DNA of 64,000 nt from an uncultured Nitrospiraceae bacterium (GTDB lineage Bacteria > Nitrospirota > Nitrospiria > Nitrospirales > Nitrospiraceae). The stretch covers positions 800,001-864,000 of the forward strand of contig CAVSTP010000003.1 of NCBI GenBank assembly GCA_963730935.1, given 5' to 3'. The position numbers and the translations under genes were made by a program. Each line of letters opens with the position of its first letter. Within the stretch, counting starts at the first letter, position 1. Of this stretch, positions 29,637-38,835 are shown one piece after another. The notes under the pieces were generated by a model. It ran no database searches and was not told the origin of the DNA. It saw only the letters and a program-made list of their open reading frames with translations.

Positions 29637-31271
29637 CTAGAAATAGAACTGGTATTGGACGTTGATGCGGTTTTCGACCAGCTTCTGGCCGAATCCCGGT
29701 TGCGATTCAAATGGAAAGCGATCAGGGGCTCGCCCGCCGCTTCCCATGGTGATGTTGGAGTAGTCGATCACCAGTCGGTTGTTGTACGTGCCGTCGAAGC
29801 TGTAATTGAGAGCGGCACCGAATTCATAGGTGAGGTCATGTGTTTGCTTCGTTGAGGGATCGAGCACCCCATAACGGAGAGCGAGTTCGATTTTGCGGGG
29901 GATGATGTATTTCCCACCTTGGACATACCAGCCCCATGCCTGACCCAAATCTACCGGAGGGCCCTGGATTGCAGTTGACGGGATCGTTGTCAGATCGAAG
30001 GGTTGAGTCCCGCTGTCTTTGTTCCGGACTCGTTGATGCCGGTAATAGACTTCGCTATGTAAAGACCATCCCTGATATTTGGCGACGAAATCCACTTCGT
30101 AGGTCTGAAAATCGTAAATGCCTCCGCCGAGGAGTCGGCCATTCATAGCCTTCGTGACGGCTTGACGGTAGGCACGGTCGACGATGTCAGAACGTGTCGA
30201 GCTCAGATAATTCTGTGCGGGATCATAGGCATAGCCGAAGCCAATGGCGGACTGAGGAGTGCGGGAGTTTACAATGTCTCCCCAACCGTAACCCGGGTTG
30301 CCGGCGATCTTGTACAGCAGACGAGCGGTGTACATGAGTTCCCCGCTCATGAAGCGAGTGTCATAGTTATACGTACGCGTCACTCCAGAATTGACTCCAC
30401 CGCCTCCCGTTGGCGGCAACACATTTTGGCTCACGGATGTTCCGTCCCGTGCCAGGTTTGGCCCGACGCCGCCCCACACGCCGAACGCGTAATTGAACTT
30501 GTATTGCTCCTCGTCGCTCAAAATGCTAATGCCGATGTCGCGCGTGTTTTGAAGGTTGGCTGCAAACATATTCTGGACGATCATGTTGTCCGAAAAACTT
30601 GACGTGGCGACTGGGCTGATGAGCGCGCGATTGAACCACACCTTTTGTTGCCCGATTTGGATGTTGGCCCAGGGGATGTGCCAGGACGACACATAGGCGT
30701 CCAGGAGTCCGGCTTTGCCGTTGCTTCCTTCTTGATTCGATGGCGTCGAATCCATCTGCAGGGAGACGTTGTAGCGAAAATTGGGGTCAAAGGCATAACC
30801 CATGAATTGAAGACGGGCGCGAGGAATCAAGAATTGGCTAGAATCGGATTCCCGCCTGAAGGCCCGAAATTCGACCTGACCTCCCAGGATTTCTTCATTC
30901 CGTGAGTCACCGATGGATCCCCACGCCTTATTATAGGTGCTGTAGGTGTAGCGAGTCTGCACCAGCAGCCGCATTTTCAAAAAGAATCTGTCACCGACAC
31001 GGATGTTCAACCCATTGTTGACATCAATATTGAAATTCGGTTTTGCGAGACGCTCCTTCGTTTCCAATGTGCGAAGGCCTTTGTTGTACTCTTCCTGTGA
31101 GATGATGCCTTTGAGATAAAGGTATTTCAGTCCTGGATCCTCGCTCGAAGAGTATTCCCATTTCCCTTCTTTTTTGACGAACTGGCCCTCTTCAACTGCC
31201 CAGGCAGCGCCGAGGTGAGCGAACAGGATCGTTCCTGTCACGATAAACATAAACCATCCGGAAATTCTCAT
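29637..31271 (-). CDS. OprO/OprP-like anion-selective porin (left copy)
   Basis: Signal peptide; RARLQFMG, LLDAY, QIGQQK, RDIG, ELALRYG; C-terminal QYQFYF. Confidence 0.82.
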   Translation of the reverse strand: MRISGWFMFIVTGTILFAHLGAAWAVEEGQFVKKEGKWEYSSSEDPGLKYLYLKGIISQEEYNKGLRTLETKERLAKPNFNIDVNNGLNIRVGDRFFLKMRLLVQTRYTYSTYNKAWGSIGDSRNEEILGGQVEFRAFRRESDSSQFLIPRARLQFMGYAFDPNFRYNVSLQMDSTPSNQEGSNGKAGLLDAYVSSWHIPWANIQIGQQKVWFNRALISPVATSSFSDNMIVQNMFAANLQNTRDIGISILSDEEQYKFNYAFGVWGGVGPNLARDGTSVSQNVLPPTGGGGVNSGVTRTYNYDTRFMSGELMYTARLLYKIAGNPGYGWGDIVNSRTPQSAIGFGYAYDPAQNYLSSTRSDIVDRAYRQAVTKAMNGRLLGGGIYDFQTYEVDFVAKYQGWSLHSEVYYRHQRVRNKDSGTQPFDLTTIPSTAIQGPPVDLGQAWGWYVQGGKYIIPRKIELALRYGVLDPSTKQTHDLTYEFGAALNYSFDGTYNNRLVIDYSNITMGSGGRAPDRFPFESQPGFGQKLVENRINVQYQFYF

Positions 31272-31411
31272 GTCGGGACTCCTTCATGACATGGGAACTT
31301 CCGGTGGTCCGGTCAGTCCGTAACGTAAATTGTAGGTCCATCTCGATCACCACCTTTAGTTGTCTGGCAGGCGGTGAGTTCCTTCCCTAAACGAACAGGT
31401 CAATGCGACGC

Positions 31412-31585
31412 TCATCCAACAAGTGATGCGCGGCGCGACGGCTCCAGCTCCACGCGCACCTTTTCTCTGCGCTCGATCTGGACGACCTTCGAATCGTGGA
31501 CGATGATTTCCACCGATCCGAAACGCAGGTCTTTCAACGCTTGCAAGATGGTTTGTTCGATTCTGTAACCGTCGTCAGATCGCAT
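31412..31585 (-). CDS. YezD/DUF2292 small protein (OscA-like sulfur-starvation protein)
   Basis: ILQALKDLRFGSVEIIVHDSKVVQIERREKVR; GAGG RBS before the ATG at 31585. Confidence 0.9.
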   Translation of the reverse strand: MRSDDGYRIEQTILQALKDLRFGSVEIIVHDSKVVQIERREKVRVELEPSRRASLVG

Positions 31586-31620
31586 AAAGAACCTCAACTC
31601 AAATGGCGTGAAAAGCGGTT

Positions 31621-31683
31621 AATCTACAGTATTCCGCTAGATTTTATGTGCTATATATAAATTAACATTATCTACATTGTCAA
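31621..31683 (-). promoter_or_regulatory. Leftward sigma70 promoter plus AATCTA-N11-TAGATT operator
   Basis: Minus-strand TTGACA (31683-31678), AT-rich -10 at about 31654-31660; palindrome at 31621-31643. Confidence 0.6.
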
Positions 31684-31759
31684 CAATTATTTTACGACCC
31701 TTGTTGCTGATCTAATCAAGAACCCATGTCAGATAGGACCTACCGGGATGAGAGGACAG

Positions 31760-31794
31760 TATACTTGACTAAAAGCAAGTATAAATGGTATCTG
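31760..31794 (+). promoter_or_regulatory. Rightward promoter overlapped by a TATACTTG-N8-CAAGTATA operator
   Basis: Perfect 8-bp arms at 31760-31767 and 31776-31783, overlapping a TTGACT -35 element. Confidence 0.65.
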
Positions 31795-31804
31795 GTCTGC
31801 CAAC

Positions 31805-32977
31805 ATGGGTCAAAACAACCAGGCCGAACCTGCTCATTTCTTTCAGAATCGTCTGAAGAACGTCCGCATCGCCAAAGGATTCTCGCAAGCGGAACTTGCC
31901 GCGAAATCCGGAATCACCAGACAAGCCGTCTCTGCCATTGAATCTGAAGTCTATCTTCCCACCACCGCAGTTGCCCTGCGATTGGCTTCCGTTCTCGCGT
32001 GCCGCGTGGAAGATCTCTTCAGCCTCGCCGAACCAGATGAGGTGATCGAGGGGACGTTCATTGGGACTTCACCACCGATCGACGCGCGGACTGTGCCGCT
32101 CCGAGTCAAAGTCGCGACGGTTGGGACAAAAACTATCGTTCGTCCGGTCAACGGACTTGGCGACGTGCTGTCGTACACGGTTCCGGCAGACGGATATTTA
32201 ATCGATACCCTCTCACAGCGTTCGGGTGTCAAAGCCCGGGTGCGTCTCTCCCGCGATCGGCAATCTGTCGAGCGCGACATATCCGTGGCCGGGTGCGATC
32301 CCGCCATTTTCCTCGCCGGAGAACATTTGCGTCGCCAAAAAGATCAGGCCTCTGTGATCGGCTGGACCATGGGCAGCACGGCTGCGTTGCAGGCGCTTGA
32401 GCGGGGAGAAGTGCATGTGGCGGGGCTTCACTTGTTCGACCCTTCGAGCGGCGAATCCAACCTGCCCTTCCTGAAACGCGTCCTGAAAGGAACGGCGTAT
32501 GACGTCGTGACCTTCGCAACCTGGGAGGAAGGATTTCTCGTTCGACCTGGCAATCCAAAAGGGATCCACGAAGCTGCTGATCTTGCCGAGTCGAACGTGA
32601 GATTGATCAATCGTGAAGAGGGATCCGGAGCCCGCCTTTTGCTCGACCAACGTCTGCGCGCTGCCGGTCTTGACCACACTCAGATACAAGGCTACGACAC
32701 AGTCCTGTGGTCACATTTTGACGTGGCTCGTGCCATTGCGGGCCATCAGGCTGATGTCGGTATCGGCATCCGATCGGCCGCTCAGCTGTTCGGATTGGAT
32801 TTCGTCCCGGTCCAAGCCGCCCGTTACGACCTCGTCGTGCCGACGCCCTACCTCAGGTCTCATCCGACGCTCGCGAATCTCTTCGACACGCTCGTCAGCC
32901 GGTCGTTCCGAAATGAGATCGAGGCGCTGGGCGGCTACGACACACGAGACACAGGCAAACTGCATTCGCTGCGATAA
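31805..32977 (+). CDS. XRE-HTH + PBP_like (molybdate/tungstate-binding) transcriptional regulator
   Basis: N-terminal NRLKNVR..SQAELA..ITRQAVSAIE; C-terminal AGCDPA, GSTAAL, HVAGLHL, LINREEGSGAR, GGYD. Confidence 0.9.
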   Translation: MGQNNQAEPAHFFQNRLKNVRIAKGFSQAELAAKSGITRQAVSAIESEVYLPTTAVALRLASVLACRVEDLFSLAEPDEVIEGTFIGTSPPIDARTVPLRVKVATVGTKTIVRPVNGLGDVLSYTVPADGYLIDTLSQRSGVKARVRLSRDRQSVERDISVAGCDPAIFLAGEHLRRQKDQASVIGWTMGSTAALQALERGEVHVAGLHLFDPSSGESNLPFLKRVLKGTAYDVVTFATWEEGFLVRPGNPKGIHEAADLAESNVRLINREEGSGARLLLDQRLRAAGLDHTQIQGYDTVLWSHFDVARAIAGHQADVGIGIRSAAQLFGLDFVPVQAARYDLVVPTPYLRSHPTLANLFDTLVSRSFRNEIEALGGYDTRDTGKLHSLR

Positions 32978-32987
32978 GGAGATAGCG

Positions 32988-33816
32988 ATGATGTGGAGTC
33001 GGCTTGTCAGTCTGAGCGTTCTGTGTCCTGGGGCTAGAGATCTCTCCCGCCGTGGCCACGGAACAATTAGTCATTGCCACCTCACCCAGTATGCGTGTTC
33101 CCGTCGAGGCGCTGGGACGTCAGTTCGAAAAGACACATCCTGAGATCCGCGTACGGCTGTTTTTCGATTCGGGCCTCGACCTTCGCCGAACCATCGCCGG
33201 CATGGAGAATAGTCCTCGAGGGCAGTACTTCATCGGCTCAGGTCCTATTCATCTAGTGGCGCCAGGCGGCGATGAGCTGATTACTCGTCTTGAACAGAAG
33301 TATTACGTCCTGCCGGGAACGAAGCGGCCCTATGCGGAGGTGCCGCTGGTCATGGTCGTGCCCGAGGCACTCGTTGATGCTCCGACGTCGTTTGAAGCCT
33401 TGGGCACGAACGAGACGTTGCGGATCGCGGTGGGTGACCCTGAACTGACCACCCTTGGTCACCAGACCAAGCAGCTGTTGACGACACTGGGAGTGTGGTC
33501 ATCCGTCGAAGGCCGACTGGATGAGGCAAGCGACACACGGTCGGTGTTGGATCATTTGCTCAATGGGCAGGCCGACGTTGGGGTCCTTTTTGGACCCGAC
33601 GCGGTGCAGGAAAGCCAACGCATTCGGATCGTGGCTGTTTCCGAGCGCGGCACGATTCCGCCCGTGGTCCATTCCATGGCGATGGAACGGTATTGTCCCA
33701 ATCGCGCACTTTGCCAAGAGTTTCTTGGCTTCATTCAATCTGCTGAAGCCCAGAAAGAACTCCAGCGCCTGGGGTACACGCCGCCGCCACAAAGCCAGTC
33801 CATGAAGAAAGACTGA
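32988..33816 (+). pseudogene. Divergent ModA-like binding protein with a frameshift in its signal peptide
   Basis: AAGGAG + ATG at 32988 reads MMWSRLVSLSVL; the body frame (AFCVLGLEISPAVATEQLVIAT..IAVGDP..ADVGVLFGPDA) opens only after the TGA at 33013. Confidence 0.7.
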
Positions 33817-33848
33817 TTACAGATGCAGCTATCTAAGAAGAGGAGGCG

Positions 33849-34511
33849 GTGATGAGTAGCCGGATAGGGTTCTTGTCAGCGTTTGGTCTTATATTTTTGT
33901 TTTTCGCAAGCATCGTGTCGGGAGGGTGCGCCAGACTCCCATACACAACGTCGGTCATTCACGAGGATCGTCGTGTTGTCGTGTCACTTCAACGGGATCC
34001 CCATGCGGTTTCCTACACTCATCCCGTCCACCTCCAAGCCAACGACCTCGCTGCTATTCTGAACGGATTTTCGTTCCGTGAAAAACAGCGATTGCCGCTC
34101 CGGTGGTTCGCGGAAGAGGTGCCGCCGAAGAAGATTTTCCGTTCCGATGAAATGCAAGCTATCGTGCCTTTTCTAATAGAAGGGCTCGAGAAGGCAGCTC
34201 CTGACGAGCGCGTCTATTTTCAAGTGCTGGCGCCAGGGATGAATCCTGCCTCGGAACGAGACACGACCGCCGGATGGATCGCTGTGAGAGAGCCCTTCCT
34301 CCACCTAGCGCTCGAGCACTACCACGCGCAGTTTCCCATCAGGAAATCCGAACAGTGGGACCTCCGCTATCCCGCCACCCCTCCGGAGCCAAAGACGTAC
34401 CTGCTGTACTTCGAGCCGGGACGGTTCTGGGAGACAGAGCCGGTGAGCCGCAGGGAAGCCGTGCAGCTCCGTGAGTTTCTCAAGGCCGCCGTTCCCGCTT
34501 CTCCGAAATAA
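33849..34511 (+). CDS. Uncharacterised lipoprotein (right-arm module copy)
   Basis: AGGAGG RBS; SGGC lipobox; HPVHLQ..FRSDE..PDERVYF..TAGW. Confidence 0.82.
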   Translation: MMSSRIGFLSAFGLIFLFFASIVSGGCARLPYTTSVIHEDRRVVVSLQRDPHAVSYTHPVHLQANDLAAILNGFSFREKQRLPLRWFAEEVPPKKIFRSDEMQAIVPFLIEGLEKAAPDERVYFQVLAPGMNPASERDTTAGWIAVREPFLHLALEHYHAQFPIRKSEQWDLRYPATPPEPKTYLLYFEPGRFWETEPVSRREAVQLREFLKAAVPASPK

Positions 34512-34583
34512 AGCACTGAACACCGTAGCGATAGGGCCATCCAAACTTGTTGCTCATTCATATTCTTTGCTTCGGGAGGGATT

Positions 34584-36341
34584 ATGGGAATGTCAAGCCG
34601 TTCAGATGCCAACGCGAGGCGGTGCCGTCGTGTACATGGCATCATCGTTCTGATTGGACTTATCTTCTGCATCCTGCAAGTGGATCCCGTTCAGGCGGTT
34701 GATTCTGGCAAACTTATCGAGAAGGACGGGCAATATGTCTTTGTCGAAAGCATGGATCCGGCCACGCGACTCTTACTGGAGCGAGCCTATGAAAAAGGCA
34801 TCATTAGTCAGGAGGAACGCGACAAGGCGATCAAAGAGTCCGAAGCCCGCGCGTATCTCATGCAGCCGAGTTTCAAAATGTGGTACGACCGCGGCTTCAA
34901 TTTTTCAATGAACGATAACGCGTTTCTCCTCAAGATCCGAGGACGCATGCAGTTGCGGGAAACGACTCGTTGGAGAAACGATGCCTGGAGAAATCCGGGC
35001 GACGCAAAAAATTATCCGGAACTCCTTGGCGTGTTTGGCGACTACCGTGCCAATCGATCGGATGATTTTGCCTCGCAATTCAATTTACGGCGGGCTAGGC
35101 TGTTGTTTCTCGGTCACCTCCTCAGTCCAGACTTCAAGTACTTCCTTCAGATCGGATTTGAAACAGCTGAAAATGCCCAAACTCCTGGATCAGCCAACTT
35201 GCTGGACTACTATGTTCTCAGCACACATCTTCCCCTCTTAAATGTGCAACTGGGCCAGTACAAGATCTACTTCAACCGCTCACAGATCAACAACACCGCC
35301 TCCATGCAATTCGCCGAACGGGCGCTGGTCATGGATGCGTTCACGGCCAACGGCATGAATCGGCGGGATATCGGTCTGACGATCATGAACGATGACGAAA
35401 TCTACCCCGTCAATTATTACCTGGGGATTTTCAACGGCGCGGGTCCACTCTTTAATCGCTATGGCACCTACAACAGTGAAGAAGCCACGGTGGGATGTCC
35501 TGGTGGGCAAACTGGCGGCAACCCTTTCCCTTCTCCGGCCGGATGCCCGGTCAATTCGCGCAATCTCAATGCCAACTTTCGCGACGAGATCGACAAGCTG
35601 ATGTATGCCGGGCGGCTCCAGTGGAATATTCTGGGACGGCCGGGATATGGCGAAGGCGATTTGGCCTATTCAGAAGCCCCGCAGATGGCGGTGGGCGGCG
35701 GGCTCGCTTACAACCCCGGTATCAATACGAGCACCGACAACGCGTTTGTCGGCATCGACTTGGCGAACCTGAATTTCCGTCGTCAGTTGGCGACGTTCGG
35801 TAATGGACGCCAATTGGGGTGGGGGGTCGTCAACTACACGACTTACGCGTTCGACGGCGTCTTCAAGTACAGAGGCTTCTCGCTTCAAGGGGAATATTAC
35901 TTCAAAAACATCGAGCGGACATTCAAAGGTGCGCCGTGTTTACAATTCAATGCGGCGGGAGCTTGTACCGCCGTGACACCTCAGCTCTTGGGGAACGCGA
36001 CCGGATGGTATGTGCAGTCGGGGTATTATCTGATTCCTCGACATTTGGAAGTGGCCGCGCGGTATGCCTATTGGGACCCCGATACCAATGCGGCCGGCGA
36101 CCTGATCAAAGAGGTCGATGTGTCGCTCAATTGGTTTCCCTTTGGGAACTATGATTATCAGCTCATGTTGACCTATACAAATCTGGCGATGGGCACGGGC
36201 GGCTATGCGATCGGCCGCAGTGCACCTTTGCCGACGCAGCCGCCTGGAGCGGTCAATCCCTCTGGAACGGTGCCGCTCGACGCGGTAGGGGGAACTTTGA
36301 TTGAAAATGCGATTCGCGTGCAGCTGCAGATCTTCTTCTGA
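34584..36341 (+). CDS. OprO/OprP-like anion-selective porin (right copy)
   Basis: FNLRRARLLFLG, LLDYY, QLGQYK, RDIG, EVAARYA; C-terminal QLQIFF; paralog of 29637-31271. Confidence 0.82.
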   Translation: MGMSSRSDANARRCRRVHGIIVLIGLIFCILQVDPVQAVDSGKLIEKDGQYVFVESMDPATRLLLERAYEKGIISQEERDKAIKESEARAYLMQPSFKMWYDRGFNFSMNDNAFLLKIRGRMQLRETTRWRNDAWRNPGDAKNYPELLGVFGDYRANRSDDFASQFNLRRARLLFLGHLLSPDFKYFLQIGFETAENAQTPGSANLLDYYVLSTHLPLLNVQLGQYKIYFNRSQINNTASMQFAERALVMDAFTANGMNRRDIGLTIMNDDEIYPVNYYLGIFNGAGPLFNRYGTYNSEEATVGCPGGQTGGNPFPSPAGCPVNSRNLNANFRDEIDKLMYAGRLQWNILGRPGYGEGDLAYSEAPQMAVGGGLAYNPGINTSTDNAFVGIDLANLNFRRQLATFGNGRQLGWGVVNYTTYAFDGVFKYRGFSLQGEYYFKNIERTFKGAPCLQFNAAGACTAVTPQLLGNATGWYVQSGYYLIPRHLEVAARYAYWDPDTNAAGDLIKEVDVSLNWFPFGNYDYQLMLTYTNLAMGTGGYAIGRSAPLPTQPPGAVNPSGTVPLDAVGGTLIENAIRVQLQIFF

Positions 36342-36358
36342 GCCAGGGAGGTCAGACG

Positions 36359-36886
36359 ATGATATTACGCAAGACGGATCTGGTCGCCTTCCAAGAAACA
36401 CACGCCATGGCGGCTCGGGGAGTCGAGAGTGGCAGTCTTTCGGCAGAAGGGACCATCATGAATTGGGTGAGGGGACTGATCCGTTCGCAATATGTCGGCC
36501 TCGTTCGATCCGGCGTTCGAATCAAGGTCGGGGCGCGAACGGATCTCCGCATCAGATGGACGAAACGAGAAGAACGATGTTTCATCGTTGGCCAACCGGT
36601 TGTCGCCATAATCCCTGCCGGCGCAGTGCGTCTGGAAAGTGGACTGTTTCGCCGGAGCAAACAGCGGTGGAATCGCTGGGTTGGCCGCATCGTGTTGATC
36701 GAGCACCTGGAAGTTGGTGTCGTGTATTCAGTAAAAGTGCATAGAGAGGAATGGACCCTCAAGAGCCTGGGGTCCGTCCTCGGAGCGAAACAGCCGAGTA
36801 GGCCGTGGGACGTCGTCAATGTGGTCGTCGATCCCCAGGTTGTGGAATTGTCGGTTGCCGCTCCATGTTTGATGAGGCATACCTAA
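36359..36886 (+). CDS. Degenerate tandem TOBE-domain-like protein
   Basis: GGGAGG RBS; NWVRGLI..GQPVVAIIPAGAVRL..NRWVGRIV resembles TOBE repeats. Confidence 0.6.
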   Translation: MILRKTDLVAFQETHAMAARGVESGSLSAEGTIMNWVRGLIRSQYVGLVRSGVRIKVGARTDLRIRWTKREERCFIVGQPVVAIIPAGAVRLESGLFRRSKQRWNRWVGRIVLIEHLEVGVVYSVKVHREEWTLKSLGSVLGAKQPSRPWDVVNVVVDPQVVELSVAAPCLMRHT

Positions 36887-36900
36887 GGAAGGATTGTTCG

Positions 36901-37704
36901 ATGAACAAGTTGAATCCCTATATCCGGAATTTATGTGTTGCAGGTTGGGCGGCGCTAATCATATGCGTAGGTGCGCAACTCGCGCTTCGTCAGGACGCTG
37001 TTGCCGAAGAGATCGTAATCGCCGCTGCGTCGGATTTGAATTTCGCAATCAAAGACGTCATTGTCGAGTATGAGAAGGCGACCGGGAACCATGTCAAGTT
37101 GTCCTTGGGTTCGTCCGGGAACTTTTATGCGCAGATTCAGAATGGCGCTCCGTTCGATCTGTATTTTTCGGCGGACATCGCCTACCCCAAGAAACTGGAA
37201 GAGGCGGGTCTCATTGTGCCTGGGTCCTTATACCGCTATGCGGTCGGTCGGATCGTTCTCTGGACCAATCATGCCTCCCGGCGGGATGTGTCCAAGGGAA
37301 TGGATGTCCTTCGCGATCCTGCCGTAAAAAAAATTGCGATCGCCAATCCGAAACACGCGCCGTACGGGAGGGCCGCCGTTGCGGCGATGCAACACTTCAA
37401 GGTCTATGACGAGGCAAAAGACCGACTGGTGTTGGGAGAAAACATCTCGCAAGCCGCCCAATTCATCGAATCCGGCGCCTGTGATGTCGGCGTGATTGCC
37501 CTCTCGCTGGCGCTGGCGCCGACTATGAAAGCGGCAGGCACCTATTGGGAAATTCCAAGTGACGCTCATCCCCCACTGGAACAGGGTGCAGGGATCTTGA
37601 AATCGTCGAAACAACAAGAGACCGCGAAGCAATTTTTAGAGTTTATGCGAGGCAAACAGGGACAGGAGATCATGACCCGTTATGGGTTTACGCTTCCGCA
37701 ATAA
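36901..37704 (+). CDS. modA: Molybdate ABC transporter substrate-binding protein
   Basis: IAAASDL, GSSGNFYAQIQNGAPFDLYFSAD, IANPKHAPYGRAA, GENISQA. Confidence 0.96.
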   Translation: MNKLNPYIRNLCVAGWAALIICVGAQLALRQDAVAEEIVIAAASDLNFAIKDVIVEYEKATGNHVKLSLGSSGNFYAQIQNGAPFDLYFSADIAYPKKLEEAGLIVPGSLYRYAVGRIVLWTNHASRRDVSKGMDVLRDPAVKKIAIANPKHAPYGRAAVAAMQHFKVYDEAKDRLVLGENISQAAQFIESGACDVGVIALSLALAPTMKAAGTYWEIPSDAHPPLEQGAGILKSSKQQETAKQFLEFMRGKQGQEIMTRYGFTLPQ

Positions 37705-37999
37705 CCCGGTCTGGCTGTTGACGCTCGTGCTGCTGGGCGGCTGTTCCGATGCGGTGCAGATGACGCACGAAACGGAGCAGGGAGGCGTGGTGACCTTTCT
37801 CTTCAAGGAAGACCGGGGCGGTCCGATGGGCTCGCCGCACCGCAAGGCCGCACTGAAACTTGTCGAGGAGAAGTGTCCCAAGGGCTATATCGTCCTCCGC
37901 GAGGGTGAGATGAAAGGCTACAGCAGCATGTCCAGTGTAGAGGGCCAGGAAGGAGAAATTGCGAATCGTCGATGGGGAATCCAATTTCGATGCAAATAG
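37682..37999 (+). CDS. Small lipoprotein, hypothetical
   Basis: LLGGC lipobox; CPKGY..IQFRCK (likely disulfide). Confidence 0.7.
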   Translation: MGLRFRNNPVWLLTLVLLGGCSDAVQMTHETEQGGVVTFLFKEDRGGPMGSPHRKAALKLVEEKCPKGYIVLREGEMKGYSSMSSVEGQEGEIANRRWGIQFRCK

Positions 38000-38007
38000 G
38001 AGCGGGT

Positions 38008-38517
38008 ATGCGATCGGTTACTATAGCGGTCGGCCTCGTTTGGTTGCTCACAGTAACGAGCGTTGGCTCCGAAGAGCATCTGAATTGTCGGCCGTCCGCG
38101 GCGGAAGGATTCTCCAATATTCAAATGGAAACATCAGACATCACGTTGCACGAACAACTGTTTGAGCAGGTATTTCACGCGCAGAGCATCCAGCGCTTGG
38201 ACCACCCTCAAACGGATCTGATTCGCATCTATTGTCTCCGTGATGTCGTTGTGGCGATCAGGCAGGATCTTCGTCAACCGCGCCAAACCGGATGGGTGCA
38301 AATCAACTTTTGGGTCAAGGATGTGGCGTCGCTGCAGGAGACGCTGTCGACGGCCGTGCGTGACTCGGCACTGGGTCAACTGGCCGACGCAGACCGAGAT
38401 AAAGTGGTTCGGTTTCGGATGAAACAGGGTGTCATGCGAGGGCAGCGAAAGGTAGACCGCTTGGAAGTCTACGGACCCGAGGGGTTTCTGATCGGCTTTG
38501 ATCAACCCACACATTAA
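38008..38517 (+). CDS. Exported VOC/glyoxalase-like protein
   Basis: Signal peptide; QINFWVKDV..EVYGPEGFLIGF resembles VOC beta-alpha-beta-beta-beta units. Confidence 0.6.
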   Translation: MRSVTIAVGLVWLLTVTSVGSEEHLNCRPSAAEGFSNIQMETSDITLHEQLFEQVFHAQSIQRLDHPQTDLIRIYCLRDVVVAIRQDLRQPRQTGWVQINFWVKDVASLQETLSTAVRDSALGQLADADRDKVVRFRMKQGVMRGQRKVDRLEVYGPEGFLIGFDQPTH

Positions 38518-38529
38518 CAGGAGGACGCC

Positions 38530-38733
38530 ATGAAACTAAGCGCGCGCAATCAATTTCAAGGCACCGTGACCCGCATCACCGAGGGGCAGGCGATGGCCGA
38601 GGTGGCGGTGAAAGTGGGTAATCTCGAGTTCATCGCGGCGATCACCGAAGGGTCGGTGAAAAATATGGGCCTCAAGCTGAACGATTCAGTTACTGTGGCA
38701 GTCAAAGCGACTGAAGTCATGATCGGGAAATAG
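38530..38733 (+). CDS. mop: Molbindin (single TOBE/Mop molybdate-binding protein)
   Basis: MKLSARNQFQGTV..AITEGSVKNMGL..VKATEVMI. Confidence 0.93.
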   Translation: MKLSARNQFQGTVTRITEGQAMAEVAVKVGNLEFIAAITEGSVKNMGLKLNDSVTVAVKATEVMIGK

Positions 38734-38767
38734 CCGGCGTTGACTATGCCGACAGCGGCTTTCTACT

Positions 38768-38797
38768 ATGGCGCCGCCTTCGGAAAGCCGGCGCCAT
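38768..38797 (+). terminator. GC-rich hairpin between mop and modB
   Basis: ATGGCGCCG..CGGCGCCAT stem; no U-tract. Confidence 0.45.
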
Positions 38798-38835
38798 GGC
38801 GGCGCGCCGTTGAATCATCCGGTTAAGGCGGCACT

